DNA of 64,000 nucleotides from the NCBI GenBank assembly GCA_046052125.1, contig JBJOMY010000003.1, positions 1-64,000 of the forward strand, written 5' to 3'. Shown piece by piece: positions 1-9,290 of this stretch. Position numbers and translations under genes: made by a program. Source of the stretch: Cyanobacteriota bacterium. GTDB lineage: Bacteria; Cyanobacteriota; Cyanobacteriia; PCC-6307; Cyanobiaceae. A model generated the notes under the pieces. That model did not search any database. It worked only from the letters and a program-made list of their open reading frames with translations, and was not told the origin of the DNA. Positions within the stretch are counted from its first letter, which is position 1. Each line of letters opens with the position of its first letter.

Positions 1-448
1 GAGAAGCCCGAGATGGAGAGTTGACCATCAGGGCTGGAGGAGCCTTTAAGGAGATCACCGGAGTGCTTACCGGAGTCCTCGTCGTAGATGAACTTTTCGC
101 TGTTATCGGTGAAGTTATCGTCAACGGGTTTGACGTTGATGTTCAGAGTGGACTGAACATTTTGTCCTGAGCCATCGGTAACGGTGTATGAGGCTTGAGG
201 AATGGGCCCGTTGTAGTTAGGAGCGGATTCAAAGTCGAACTTGCCATCTGAATAGATGGTGAGAGTGCCTTTGCCGGGGATGTTGAAGGGCTGCCCGAGG
301 GTGCCGGATTGTCCGTCAACGGAGAAGCCCGAGATGGAGAGTTGACCATCAGGGCTGGAGGAGCCTTTAAGGAGATCACCGGAGTGCTTACCGGAGTCCT
401 CGTCGTAGATGAACTTTTCGCTGTTATCGGTGAAGTTATCGTCAACGG
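1..448. repeat. 321-bp-period intragenic repeat (107-aa domain)
   Basis: 1-127 is identical to 322-448. Confidence 0.95.
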
Positions 449-1298
449 TAGTGATGTTGATTTTTAGCGTTGACTGATCAGTCGAGTAGCCATCAGTAAG
501 GGTGTAGTGTATGCTGGGTACTTGCCCGTTCCAGTTCGGTAGCGGCGTAAAGACGTAGTGGCCTACCGCGTCTATTGCAAATGTGCCGGCACCGGGGATT
601 TCAACTGGCTTGCCGCCCGGTGTGTGTACACCTGGATAGCCTTCGATGGTGAACTCTTTGAGTAGTAAAAGCTTCGCCTGGGATGTGAGCGGCTTTTCAA
701 TAACGGTTCCTGTGACGATCGAGTCTTCTTTCCCCGTACGTATTTCGTCTTCGTCGCTGATGGGCAGATGAACGTCCTGAGCGTTGCCCTTGCCATTGGT
801 TAGCCCCTGTCCTGCGCCCGTCGCACCAGTACCTGGCTTCCCGCCACCGCCACCTCCACCGCCCGAGCTGTCACCGCTGCCGCTGCTGCTTCCAGCGCCA
901 CCATTGCGAGGTTGTCCTGAGGAGGGTCCAGTCGCTGGATCGCTGGCGATTCCCGCTGCGCCGGCACCCATTCCGGCCATTGTGTCCTCAGCTACGCCAC
1001 CTCCAGCGCCACCACTGCCCAGTCCCGAGCCTGATGATGACGGGAAGGGTTCAAAGGTTGTCGACCACTCGGCCTTTCCCTGTCCGCCCCCCGTTTGGGG
1101 GGCGGCTTGGTGTCCGCTGACCCCGGCCTCTGGCGTGCTGTGCCGCCCACCCTCGGGGTTGGCCTCATGGGTCTCTTCGAATTGCTCCCTGCTGCCGTCA
1201 TGGAGGTTCTCCATGCCGAACATTCGCCGCAGCCGCCTCCCAACGCGGTTGGCGACAGAGTTCAAGGGATCACTGCCTTCACGACGATCGGAGGCCAT
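1..1298 (-). CDS. Large repetitive secreted adhesin (cadherin/Ig-like repeats), 5' portion; continues beyond window start
   Basis: Not in ORF track (no stop inside window). Manual translation from ATG at 1298: MASDRREGSDPLN...Gly-rich linker...YVFTPLPNWNGQVPSIHYTLTDGYSTDQSTLKINITTVDDNFTDNSEK; 107-aa repeat; divergent from a T1SS operon. Confidence 0.85.
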   Translation of the reverse strand, partial: MASDRREGSDPLNSVANRVGRRLRRMFGMENLHDGSREQFEETHEANPEGGRHSTPEAGVSGHQAAPQTGGGQGKAEWSTTFEPFPSSSGSGLGSGGAGGGVAEDTMAGMGAGAAGIASDPATGPSSGQPRNGGAGSSSGSGDSSGGGGGGGGKPGTGATGAGQGLTNGKGNAQDVHLPISDEDEIRTGKEDSIVTGTVIEKPLTSQAKLLLLKEFTIEGYPGVHTPGGKPVEIPGAGTFAIDAVGHYVFTPLPNWNGQVPSIHYTLTDGYSTDQSTLKINITTVDDNFTDNSEKFIYDEDSGKHSGDLLKGSSSPDGQLSISGFSVDGQSGTLGQPFNIPGKGTLTIYSDGKFDFESAPNYNGPIPQASYTVTDGSGQNVQSTLNINVKPVDDNFTDNSEKFIYDEDSGKHSGDLLKGSSSPDGQLSISGF

Positions 1299-1440
1299 GA
1301 GAGCTGAGGCACGTTGTCTCCAGCATGGCCATGCCGCTCCGGTTTGCCGCTTTTTTGGTGCAGAGCGCCACGAATCACTGCAATCCGCTGCTTTTGCCCA
1401 GCACTCTGCCTAGCTTCAACACAGATCAGCCTGGGGCGCA

Positions 1441-3063
1441 GTGGTTCAAGCCTGGTGGCAGCGTCTGAAGCGTATCTCTGGGGATCCGGGCATCCGTCCT
1501 GATCTTGACGACCCCACCATCCGTTTGGTGATTGCTGGATCAATCGCCATCAACCTTCTCGTTCTGGCGATCCCCCTCTACATCAACAGGATCTACACCT
1601 CCGTTCTGCCGCAGCAGGCCGGAGACAGCCTGGCCGTGATCACCCTGCTGCTGGCTGCCGTCTTGGTGCTCGATGTCGTCCTGAAGGGTCTGCGTGCCTG
1701 GATCCTCAGCTGGCTTGGCGCCTCCTCTGAGCATCGGCTCCGCTTGGGAGCCATTCGCTCCCTTCTTGGCAGTGATATTCCCAGTGTTCAAGCGCAACCG
1801 CTTCAGGCCCGCTTGGCCCAACTGCGAAGCCCGACTGCCTTACGCGGAATTTTTGAGCAGCAGTGGATCGTCAGACGAATTGATCTTCCCTTTGCGGCCG
1901 TCTATCTCTTCGTCTTGATGGTGATCGGTCATTGGCTGGTGCTGTTGCCCCTGCTCTTGGCCCCGCTCTTCATCCACTATGCCCATCAGGCGTCCCGGGA
2001 AATGCTCGCAGCGATCGAGCAGAAGCACGAGCTTGAAACCAGTCTCAACGAAACCCTGCACGCCAGCCTGCAGGGCGCCCCCACCATCAAAACCTTCAAT
2101 CTGGAGGGCTTTTTGGTGCGCCGGCTAGAGCCCTTGCAGGAGCGGCTTGCCCAAGCCGGATTTCGCCAGGAGGCCAGTACTGCCAGGCTCCAAAACCTCT
2201 CCGGTCTGTTTGCCCAACTCAATCAGCTGCTGATCGTCAGTTTTGGAGGTTGGATGGTGATTCACCAGGATCTTTCCAGCGGAGCCTTGGCCGCCTGCAC
2301 ACTCCTGAGTGGTCAGGTCACCATGCCACTGGGCAAGTTGTTTGCCGCCGAGGGCCAGCAAGCTGCTCAATGGCAAGCCAGCAGCGCCTACCAGGAACTG
2401 GAGCAACTCCCCCAGGAGCCCAACCTGCTTGTGGGGGAGGAGCCCCCGCTCAGCGGGACGCTGGAGCTTCCTCAATTCACCCTTCCGGAGCAGGGTTCAC
2501 TCGCCCTGGTTGGGGGAGATGTCAGCAGCTCCTCTGCCCTGCTCAATGCGATCACCGGTCTCGATGGTGATTTCCCCCGCGACGGGCGCTACGCGGGGCG
2601 TCCCCTGGAGAGCTATCAACGCTCCCTGTTGCGTCGCCGGCTCCGCTTGTTGGTCCCCAATCCGCAGCTCAGCACTGGGACCTTGCTCGACAATCTCACC
2701 AGCTTTCGCTCTGATCAGCTTGGCCCTGCTGCCGCTCAGCTCTGCAACCAGTGGGGCGTCTCCCCTTGGATCCAGGCTCTCCCGCGTGGCTACGACACGC
2801 CAATCGGTGAAAACCAAGACTTCCCCTTGAGCCGCAGTTTGCGCTTCCGACTCCAGGTTGTTGCGGCCTTGTTAGATCAGCCTGCCGTGCTGTTGCTCGA
2901 TACCTCCCAAGTCGCCCTGCCGGCATCTGAATTGCAGTGGTTCCTAGGGATCGACTGTGGGGCCTCCAAGCTGGTGGCCTTGGAGATGTGGCCCCCGGCG
3001 CTCCCAGCCACAATCCCGATCTTGCAGTGGAAGGCCAGTGAGCTTGTGGAGGTCCAGCAATGA
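1441..3063 (+). CDS. T1SS ABC transporter-like protein (ABC membrane domain, degenerate NBD)
   Basis: INLLVLAIPLY..IY..VLP and LSSGALAACTLL membrane motifs, LPRGYDTPIGE; Walker A/B eroded. Confidence 0.85.
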   Translation: MVQAWWQRLKRISGDPGIRPDLDDPTIRLVIAGSIAINLLVLAIPLYINRIYTSVLPQQAGDSLAVITLLLAAVLVLDVVLKGLRAWILSWLGASSEHRLRLGAIRSLLGSDIPSVQAQPLQARLAQLRSPTALRGIFEQQWIVRRIDLPFAAVYLFVLMVIGHWLVLLPLLLAPLFIHYAHQASREMLAAIEQKHELETSLNETLHASLQGAPTIKTFNLEGFLVRRLEPLQERLAQAGFRQEASTARLQNLSGLFAQLNQLLIVSFGGWMVIHQDLSSGALAACTLLSGQVTMPLGKLFAAEGQQAAQWQASSAYQELEQLPQEPNLLVGEEPPLSGTLELPQFTLPEQGSLALVGGDVSSSSALLNAITGLDGDFPRDGRYAGRPLESYQRSLLRRRLRLLVPNPQLSTGTLLDNLTSFRSDQLGPAAAQLCNQWGVSPWIQALPRGYDTPIGENQDFPLSRSLRFRLQVVAALLDQPAVLLLDTSQVALPASELQWFLGIDCGASKLVALEMWPPALPATIPILQWKASELVEVQQ

Positions 3064-5162
3064 TTGAACTTGCTCCTCTGTTTGAACGCCTCCGTCAGAG
3101 CGATTCCCCTTCAGCCCGCCTTCTGCCCGATCTCCTTGAGGCCTTGCGCTGGCCCGGTGAGGCCATTCAGCTCAGGAATGCCATCAGTGGCTCCCCCCAA
3201 TCGATGGATGGGGTGGATCTGATCAACACCCTGGCCAACCTCGGCTACCGCTGGACGGTCACCCCATTGAGCGGCCGGAGCCGGCAGGGTGAAGTGCAAC
3301 GGCTGGATTATCCGTTGGCGCTTCGCTCCGATGAAGCGAACTGGCAGCTCCAGCTGGTCCACTCCCCAGAGCAGCTTGCGGGTTTGTTGGCCCTCGATCG
3401 CACTGATTACGCCTACGAGTTTCGCTTTGAGCCAGAGCAGGCCGGCGAAAAACGTCAGTGGTTCCAAGCCCAGGTGCTCCGGTTCCGCGGTGGGATCACT
3501 GAGCTCTACGTGATCTCGCTGTTGATCAACCTGCTGGCGCTGGTGATGCCCTTTTACATCCGCGCCGTCTACAACATCGAGATTCCCGGCGGACAGGTCG
3601 GGGATTTGTTCCTCCTGCTTCCCTTCGCCATTAGCGCTGTCCTGTTGCAGATCTGGTTGACCCAGCGCCGGCAAGCCCGTTTGGCGGATCTGGGAGCAGA
3701 GCTCGATTTGCTGCTCAGCATTCGGGTGCTGGAGAAGGTGTTGCTACTCCGCTTGCCCCAGCTAGAGCGCTACACCCCGCTGACCTTGGCCAACCGCCTG
3801 CGCAGTTTCCAGGGTCTGCGGACCTATCTCACCGGACCGGTCGCCCTGGCGGCTCTGGACCTGCCCTTTATCGGCATCTTCTTGGTGGCCATCGCCGTGA
3901 TGAGTGTCCCCCTGATGCTCCTGACGGTGTTGATGGTGCTGGTCTGCTTCGGTGGGGTCTATCTGGTGGGGATGGCTGGCCGCGCTGTTCAACAGCCCCT
4001 GAGCCGGAACCCCTCCAACCTGGAGCCGATGCTCCTGGATCTCCTCCAGAACTTCGCCGATATCAAGCGCGCTGGTGGGGAGCGCCGCTGGTACAGCCGC
4101 CTGGAGGAGGCCTCCAGTGAATCGGTGATCCAAGGCCTTGGCCCGATCCGTCTCCAGCAACTGCTCGGAATCCTGACGGGTGAGTTTTCTCAGCTCACCG
4201 GTGCCCTGGTGCTTGCGACCGGAGCAGGCATCGCGATCGCAGGGAAATCCGGGATCGAGCTGGGCACCTTGATCGCCACGATGTTCTTTGTCTGGCGCGT
4301 CTTCCGGCCGATTCAGACTGCTTACCAGGCCCTGAGCCGCTGGTCCCAGATGCGGCCGAACCTGGAGCGTCTCAACCGCTTTATGGGGGCCTCTGAGGTG
4401 GAGCCGAGCACCAGCCTCAGCCAGCGCTGGGTGCTGCCGAACCCGCGGGGCGCTCTTGTGTTTAAGAACGTCACCCTGCGCTTGAACAATCTGCAGGAGC
4501 CGACGCTGGCTCAGTTCTCCCTGAAGGTTGCCCCAGGTCAGCTGATGGTGCTGAGCGGACCAGAGGGCTCCGGCACCTCGTCAGTGCTCCGCCTGATCAA
4601 CGCCCAGATCTCTCCTGGTAGTGGGGTCATCACATTGGATGGCTCTGATCTCCGGCAGATCCCTCTTGGGCAGCTGCGACAGGCCATTGGGTATCTGCCA
4701 GAGGATGCCGGGGTTTTTCCAGGCACCCTCCGAGAAAATCTCCTCTTGGCTGGACCCTTCCTAAGTGATCCTCAGTTGCAGGAGGCCCTCCGTTCACTGG
4801 CCCTCGATGAGCTCCTGTTGGGACCTGGATTGGATCGTTTGGTCTCGATGCAAGGCCCCCATGCGTTGCTCCCCCATCAGATCCAAGGCATCGCCCTGGC
4901 CCGTTTGCTCCTCGCCGACCCGTCCGTTCTGCTTCTGGATCAACCCCTTCGATCCCTGCAGCCGCAGAACCGCCGTGGCCTACTTGAGGTCTTGGCGGCA
5001 CGTCGCGGACAAGGCACAACCCTTGTGGTTGCAGATGCCCCAGAGATCCTTGAAATTGCCGATCAGATTGTCATCCTTCGGGAAGGATCCGTTGCATTTG
5101 CCGGCACTCCAGCTGACTTGATGGCCGCACAACAAAAAACAGCTTCCTCAAGGGCTGCTTAA
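3060..5162 (+). CDS. T1SS ABC transporter (HlyB/peptidase-domain type)
   Basis: ABC TM domain plus NBD (GPEGSGTSS, LLLDQP); start overlaps upstream stop (ATGA). Confidence 0.9.
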   Translation: MIELAPLFERLRQSDSPSARLLPDLLEALRWPGEAIQLRNAISGSPQSMDGVDLINTLANLGYRWTVTPLSGRSRQGEVQRLDYPLALRSDEANWQLQLVHSPEQLAGLLALDRTDYAYEFRFEPEQAGEKRQWFQAQVLRFRGGITELYVISLLINLLALVMPFYIRAVYNIEIPGGQVGDLFLLLPFAISAVLLQIWLTQRRQARLADLGAELDLLLSIRVLEKVLLLRLPQLERYTPLTLANRLRSFQGLRTYLTGPVALAALDLPFIGIFLVAIAVMSVPLMLLTVLMVLVCFGGVYLVGMAGRAVQQPLSRNPSNLEPMLLDLLQNFADIKRAGGERRWYSRLEEASSESVIQGLGPIRLQQLLGILTGEFSQLTGALVLATGAGIAIAGKSGIELGTLIATMFFVWRVFRPIQTAYQALSRWSQMRPNLERLNRFMGASEVEPSTSLSQRWVLPNPRGALVFKNVTLRLNNLQEPTLAQFSLKVAPGQLMVLSGPEGSGTSSVLRLINAQISPGSGVITLDGSDLRQIPLGQLRQAIGYLPEDAGVFPGTLRENLLLAGPFLSDPQLQEALRSLALDELLLGPGLDRLVSMQGPHALLPHQIQGIALARLLLADPSVLLLDQPLRSLQPQNRRGLLEVLAARRGQGTTLVVADAPEILEIADQIVILREGSVAFAGTPADLMAAQQKTASSRAA

Positions 5163-5189
5163 TCCTCCGCGCTTCCTCGGTTCCAACTC

Positions 5190-6560
5190 ATGAGTCTTTC
5201 TTCTCCCAATCCCCGCGATCTCAAGCCCACTAAAGCTGCATCAGAGGAGACCTCCATCTGGCGCATTGAAGCCGACGGGACTGACCAGGCGTTTGGGCAT
5301 GGCCGGCGCGGCGAGGCCCTCTCGTTGGAAGCCGGGCAGGTGCCACCCAACCTGCTGCGTTGGCTGAAGGGCGTAACCGCAGTCTTTGTGGGATCCCTCG
5401 CTGTTTCGGCGATCATCCCCATTCAGGATTACGTGGTGGCCTCAGGTGAAATTGAGCCCGCCGGGGAGATTCAGAAGGTGCAGCACCTCGAGGGGGGCAT
5501 CGTTCGCCAGCAGCTGGTCTCCGAGGGGCAACGGGTGAAGAAGGGCCAGGTGATGCTCAAGCTCGATGAGGGTGAGATCGGCTCCCAGGAGAATCAAACC
5601 GCCACGCGGATCACCAACCTCACCCTGGAGCAACGGGAGTTGCGACGGGCTCTTGGGCAGGAGGCGATGAACAGCAAGAAGCGCACGCCAACGGATCCCT
5701 CCCCTGAAGTGGCGAAGGCCTTTCAGGATCTTCAGCAGCAGAAGGCTCGCGACATCAGTCGGCAGATCACCTTGGCGGATCAACGCCTCGCCACCTTGCA
5801 GTCCAAGCGGCGTGAATATCTCGATGAGGTGGCGCTGCTCAAGCAGCAAACCAAGGCCTACGAATCCCTCGACCGCAGCGGGGCCATCCCCCACAACGAT
5901 GTGCTGGAGGCCGAGCGCCGCATCGCCTCCACCGAAACTCAGCTCGCTGAACTCGACGGGACGATCGCGGAAACGGAAACCCAGCGTTTTGAGCTGCGGG
6001 CCAAACTGCGCACCGAAACACTGGAGCAGTTAGCCAAGGTCACCAGCGAAAAGGCCGAACTGCAAAGTGTGCTTGGACGTCAACTCGGGGAACTTGATCG
6101 CCTCCAGGTGCGTTCCCCCGTTGATGGCATCGTGAAGAGCTACACGATCAAGACCATCGGCGGTGTGATCGCTCCTGGGAGCGTTGTCGCCGAAGTGGTC
6201 CCGATCGGACAGCGCCTCGAAGCCTTCACCCGTGTCAAACCCAAGGACATCGGCAATGTGCGCCTCGGACAGAAGGTTGAGGTGAAGGTTCAGGCCTATG
6301 ACTACAGCCGCTACGGCACCATTGCCGGCAAGGTCGATGCCATTTCAGCTGGAACATTCCAGGACGAGAAAACCGGGGAGCCTTACTACAAGGTTCGCGT
6401 GGCCCTTGACCGCGATTACGCCGGCAAGACCGTGGGCAAAAATCTGCTGGTGCCAGGGATGACCCTCACGGCCGACATCCTCACGGATCGCACCACCCTT
6501 CTGTTCTATTTGCTGGGTCCGATCCGCAAGGGCTTCGGCAATGCCATGCACGAGAGCTGA
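5190..6560 (+). CDS. HlyD-family T1SS membrane fusion protein
   Basis: VQHLEGGIV, VRSPVDGIV, YSRYGTI.G, LVPGMTLTADI motifs. Confidence 0.95.
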   Translation: MSLSSPNPRDLKPTKAASEETSIWRIEADGTDQAFGHGRRGEALSLEAGQVPPNLLRWLKGVTAVFVGSLAVSAIIPIQDYVVASGEIEPAGEIQKVQHLEGGIVRQQLVSEGQRVKKGQVMLKLDEGEIGSQENQTATRITNLTLEQRELRRALGQEAMNSKKRTPTDPSPEVAKAFQDLQQQKARDISRQITLADQRLATLQSKRREYLDEVALLKQQTKAYESLDRSGAIPHNDVLEAERRIASTETQLAELDGTIAETETQRFELRAKLRTETLEQLAKVTSEKAELQSVLGRQLGELDRLQVRSPVDGIVKSYTIKTIGGVIAPGSVVAEVVPIGQRLEAFTRVKPKDIGNVRLGQKVEVKVQAYDYSRYGTIAGKVDAISAGTFQDEKTGEPYYKVRVALDRDYAGKTVGKNLLVPGMTLTADILTDRTTLLFYLLGPIRKGFGNAMHES

Positions 6561-6599
6561 GTGCCATGGCGTCTTGTTATGCGCGCTTGTCGCCCCTTG

Positions 6600-6959
6600 C
6601 ATGGTCCTTTGCGCCACGGTTTCCAGTGACGCGCTGCTGAAGAGCCAATCGTCGCCGTCGATGGGGATCAACACATCCATCGGCCGCTCGATGGTCCCCA
6701 GTGCGTTGAACCCATCCAGCAAATTGGCGAGAGCTCCGCGGTTCTCTGCGTTTCTCTGAACGCGGAAGCGATCACGAATCTCGCGGATATGAATGGAACT
6801 CAGTGCCGATTGGATGGCTGCTTCAGTGCCGTCATCGCTCGCGTCGTCAATCACGAGGCATTGCCAGTACCACCTGGTTTGCTGCTCAGCGATCGACTGA
6901 ATGCATCGCTCAATCTAGGGGGCTGCATTTCCAGTGGTGACAACAAGGCTGAACTGCAT
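6600..6959 (-). pseudogene. Glycosyltransferase family 2, nonsense-mutated and truncated
   Basis: MQFSLVVTTGNAAP*IERCIQSI...VIDDASDDGT...IDGDDWL; in-frame TAG at 6915-6917; C-terminal half missing. Confidence 0.75.
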
Positions 6960-6975
6960 GGGTCTGGGTTGCGAT

Positions 6976-7168
6976 TCAGTCCGCACTCACCAACCCGCGC
7001 CGCAGCCCGATCACCGCTGCATGCGTTCGATCCCGCGCTTGGAGCTTGCCGAGGATGTTGCTGATGTGCGTTTTGATCGTCTCCGCCGATACATCGAGGG
7101 CTTCCGCCATTTCCTTGTTGGTGTAGCCGCGGGTGAGCCACTGCAACACGTCGTGCTCCCGCTCAGAG
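6976..7168 (-). pseudogene. LuxR/NarL-type HTH fragment truncated by IS
   Basis: Manual translation (L)SEREHDVLQWLTRGYTNKEMAEALDVSAETIKTHISNILGKLQARDRTHAAVIGLRRGLV; N-terminus cut at IS end 7169. Confidence 0.85.
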
Positions 7169-7466
7169 TGAGGTGGACTGGGTTTTCTGGACAGGCCCCA
7201 TCGTTAACCTCTGAGGCGGGGTACCGCCCCTGATCGGGGCTCCCACCAATGAGCAAGCGCCGCACCCACAGCCCTGAGTTCAAGGCCCGTGTCGCCATGG
7301 AGGCGATCAGTGGCCGCAAGACGATTCAGGAGATCGCCGCTGACCACGCCATCCACCCAATCCAAGTGAGCCAGTGGAAGCGGCAGCTTCTCGATGGCGC
7401 CAGTGAGCTATTCACCCGAGGTGACGTGACCCCCTTCATTGGTCCAGGTGCAATGAGAGTGGGTGG

Positions 7467-8273
7467 TCATGCAGCAGCTGCTTGAGCTGCCTCAAGGGGT
7501 GTACGCCCCTTGAGGGCCGAATGTGGCCTGAGGTTGTTGTACTCCCAGCGCCAGCGATTGGCCAAGACCTGGGCCTCAGCCACCGTGGCAAACAGTTCAG
7601 TGTTGAGGAACTCATCCCTGAACCGGCTGTTGAACGACTCAGCAAAGCCGTTCTGCCATGGGGAGCCTGGCTCGATATAGGCGGTTGTGGTGCCGCTGTC
7701 TTTGCACCAACGCCGCAGGGCGTGGGCGATGAATTCGGGGCCGTTGTCTGAGCGGACGAACGCCTGGGCCGGGTAGAGGCTGGTGAGTTCCTCAAGCACG
7801 GCCACCACATCCTTGGCCTTGCAACGCCGTCCCACGCGGATCGCCAGGCACAGACGGCTGTGCTCATCGATCACGTTCAGGAACTTCAGCCGCAGACCAT
7901 CAGCGGTGGCGTCGAACTGAAAGTCCATGGCCCAGACCTGATGCGGGTGCTCGGCTTGGTGACGCCGCACGGAGCCGTCGGCTGGACGAGCCCGCTTCTG
8001 CTTTCTCGGTGTAGGGCGCTGGAGCCCTTCCTCGCGCCAGAGGCGGTGCACCCGTTTGTGGTTCACCGTCCAGCCCTCTCGCCGCAGTACGCGGTATGCC
8101 ATCCGCCGGCCCCAGCGGATGTGCTCGGCTGCGATTTCCCGGAGACGACGCCGCAGCTTGGCTTCCTCAATGTCGACAACTTTGCCGGCATGTCGTTGCG
8201 TGCTGCGGTGTTGGCCCACCACCCTGCAGGCGAACCGCTCTGATACCCGGAACATGGCGCGCAGGGCCACCAC
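7467..8273 (-). CDS. IS3 transposase OrfB (rve/DDE)
   Basis: WAMDF, RSDNGPEF, PWQNGFAESFN; joined to OrfA via GGGAAAC -1 slippery site near 8303-8309. Confidence 0.95.
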   Translation of the reverse strand: MVALRAMFRVSERFACRVVGQHRSTQRHAGKVVDIEEAKLRRRLREIAAEHIRWGRRMAYRVLRREGWTVNHKRVHRLWREEGLQRPTPRKQKRARPADGSVRRHQAEHPHQVWAMDFQFDATADGLRLKFLNVIDEHSRLCLAIRVGRRCKAKDVVAVLEELTSLYPAQAFVRSDNGPEFIAHALRRWCKDSGTTTAYIEPGSPWQNGFAESFNSRFRDEFLNTELFATVAEAQVLANRWRWEYNNLRPHSALKGRTPLEAAQAAAA

Positions 8274-8296
8274 GGCCCTGCGACGTCGTTCCGGGC

Positions 8297-8575
8297 TCAG
8301 AAGTTTCCCTCCGCCAACTCCTTAAGCATCGCCTTCTCCAGTTCAGCCTCGGCCAGAAGCTTCTTGAGGCGGGCGTTCTCCTTCTCCAGTTGGGTGAGCC
8401 GCTTGGCTTCCTCGGCCTGCATCCCGCCGTACTGCTGCTTCCAGCGGTGATAGGTCGGCTGGGTGACCTCGATGGCGCGGCAGACATCGGCAACAGTCTT
8501 GCCCTGAGCGATCAGCTGCTCAGCGGTTTTGAGCTTGCGGATGATCTGCTCGGCTGTGTGGCGAATTCGTTTCAT
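8297..8575 (-). CDS. IS3 transposase OrfA
   Basis: MKRIRHTAEQII...TYHRWKQQYGGM...LEKENARLKKLLAE. Confidence 0.95.
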   Translation of the reverse strand: MKRIRHTAEQIIRKLKTAEQLIAQGKTVADVCRAIEVTQPTYHRWKQQYGGMQAEEAKRLTQLEKENARLKKLLAEAELEKAMLKELAEGNF

Positions 8576-8711
8576 GGTGAAGTCCCCGGCCCAGTCTGGC
8601 CGGATGAGGACTCTCATTCACCGTGGACCGATTTCCTGGGGCCACGTCAGAGGCACGAAGAGCAAGGACAAGGAGGAAGGCCAGGCAAAAGAGGCCGAGC
8701 TGCTCCAGCAG

Positions 8712-8738
8712 TACTGCTTCGCAGAAGCCTGACGGCTA
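8712..8738 (-). repeat. Very small dispersed insertion element, copy 1
   Basis: Reverse complement TAGCCGTCAGGCTTCTGCGAAGCAGTA; interrupts OrfA QQ(I)GKLQME. Confidence 0.7.
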
Positions 8739-9264
8739 CGGAAAGCTGCAGATGGAGCTGGAGTGGCTCAAAAAAAATCTCAGCTGCTCTGATGCCCGTG
8801 AACTGCGCAAGTTGGTCGATCACGACCACCCTGAGCTCAGCGTCAGCAGGCAATGCGCGTTGTTGGGTCTGCCCAGATCGACGCTCTATTACCGGCCGAT
8901 ATCGGTGCGTGAATCGACGCTGTGGATCATGGCCAGGATCGATGCGCTCTACCTGGAGGATCCCTGCAGCGGTAGCCGCCGGATGGTGGAGTACCTGGCC
9001 CGAGAAGGGATACCGATCAGCCGTGATCGGGTACGAAACCTTATGCGCCGCATGGGTTTACGGGCGATCTACCAGAAACCCCGCACCACCATTCCAGGTG
9101 ATCCATCAGAGCGCTATCCCTGTCTGGTGGATCTCCGGCTGGTCACGGTTGTGGATCAGGTCTGGGCCACCGACATCACCTACATCCCGCTGCAGAAGGG
9201 TTTCCTCTATCTGGTGGCGATCGTGGATCTCTTCTCCAGGAACGTGCTCAGCTGGAAGCTCTCG

Positions 9265-9290
9265 TAGCCCTTGGCTTCCGCGAAGCGGTA
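9265..9290 (+). repeat. Very small dispersed insertion element, copy 2
   Basis: TAGCCCTTGGCTTCCGCGAAGCGGTA; interrupts OrfB WKLS(N)SLD, adds in-frame TAG. Confidence 0.7.

Larger units (their letters stand above)
7422..8649 (-). mobile_element. IS3-family element (inner), apparently intact, 1228 bp
   Basis: IRs TGACGTGACCCCCTTCATTGGTCCA / TGGACCGATTTCCTGGGGCCACGTCA; 4-bp target duplication GAGG (7418-7421, 8650-8653). Confidence 0.95.

Noticed and set aside
784..1413. Pro-rich 209-aa plus-strand ORF
   Set aside because: Antisense shadow of the Gly-rich adhesin N-terminus
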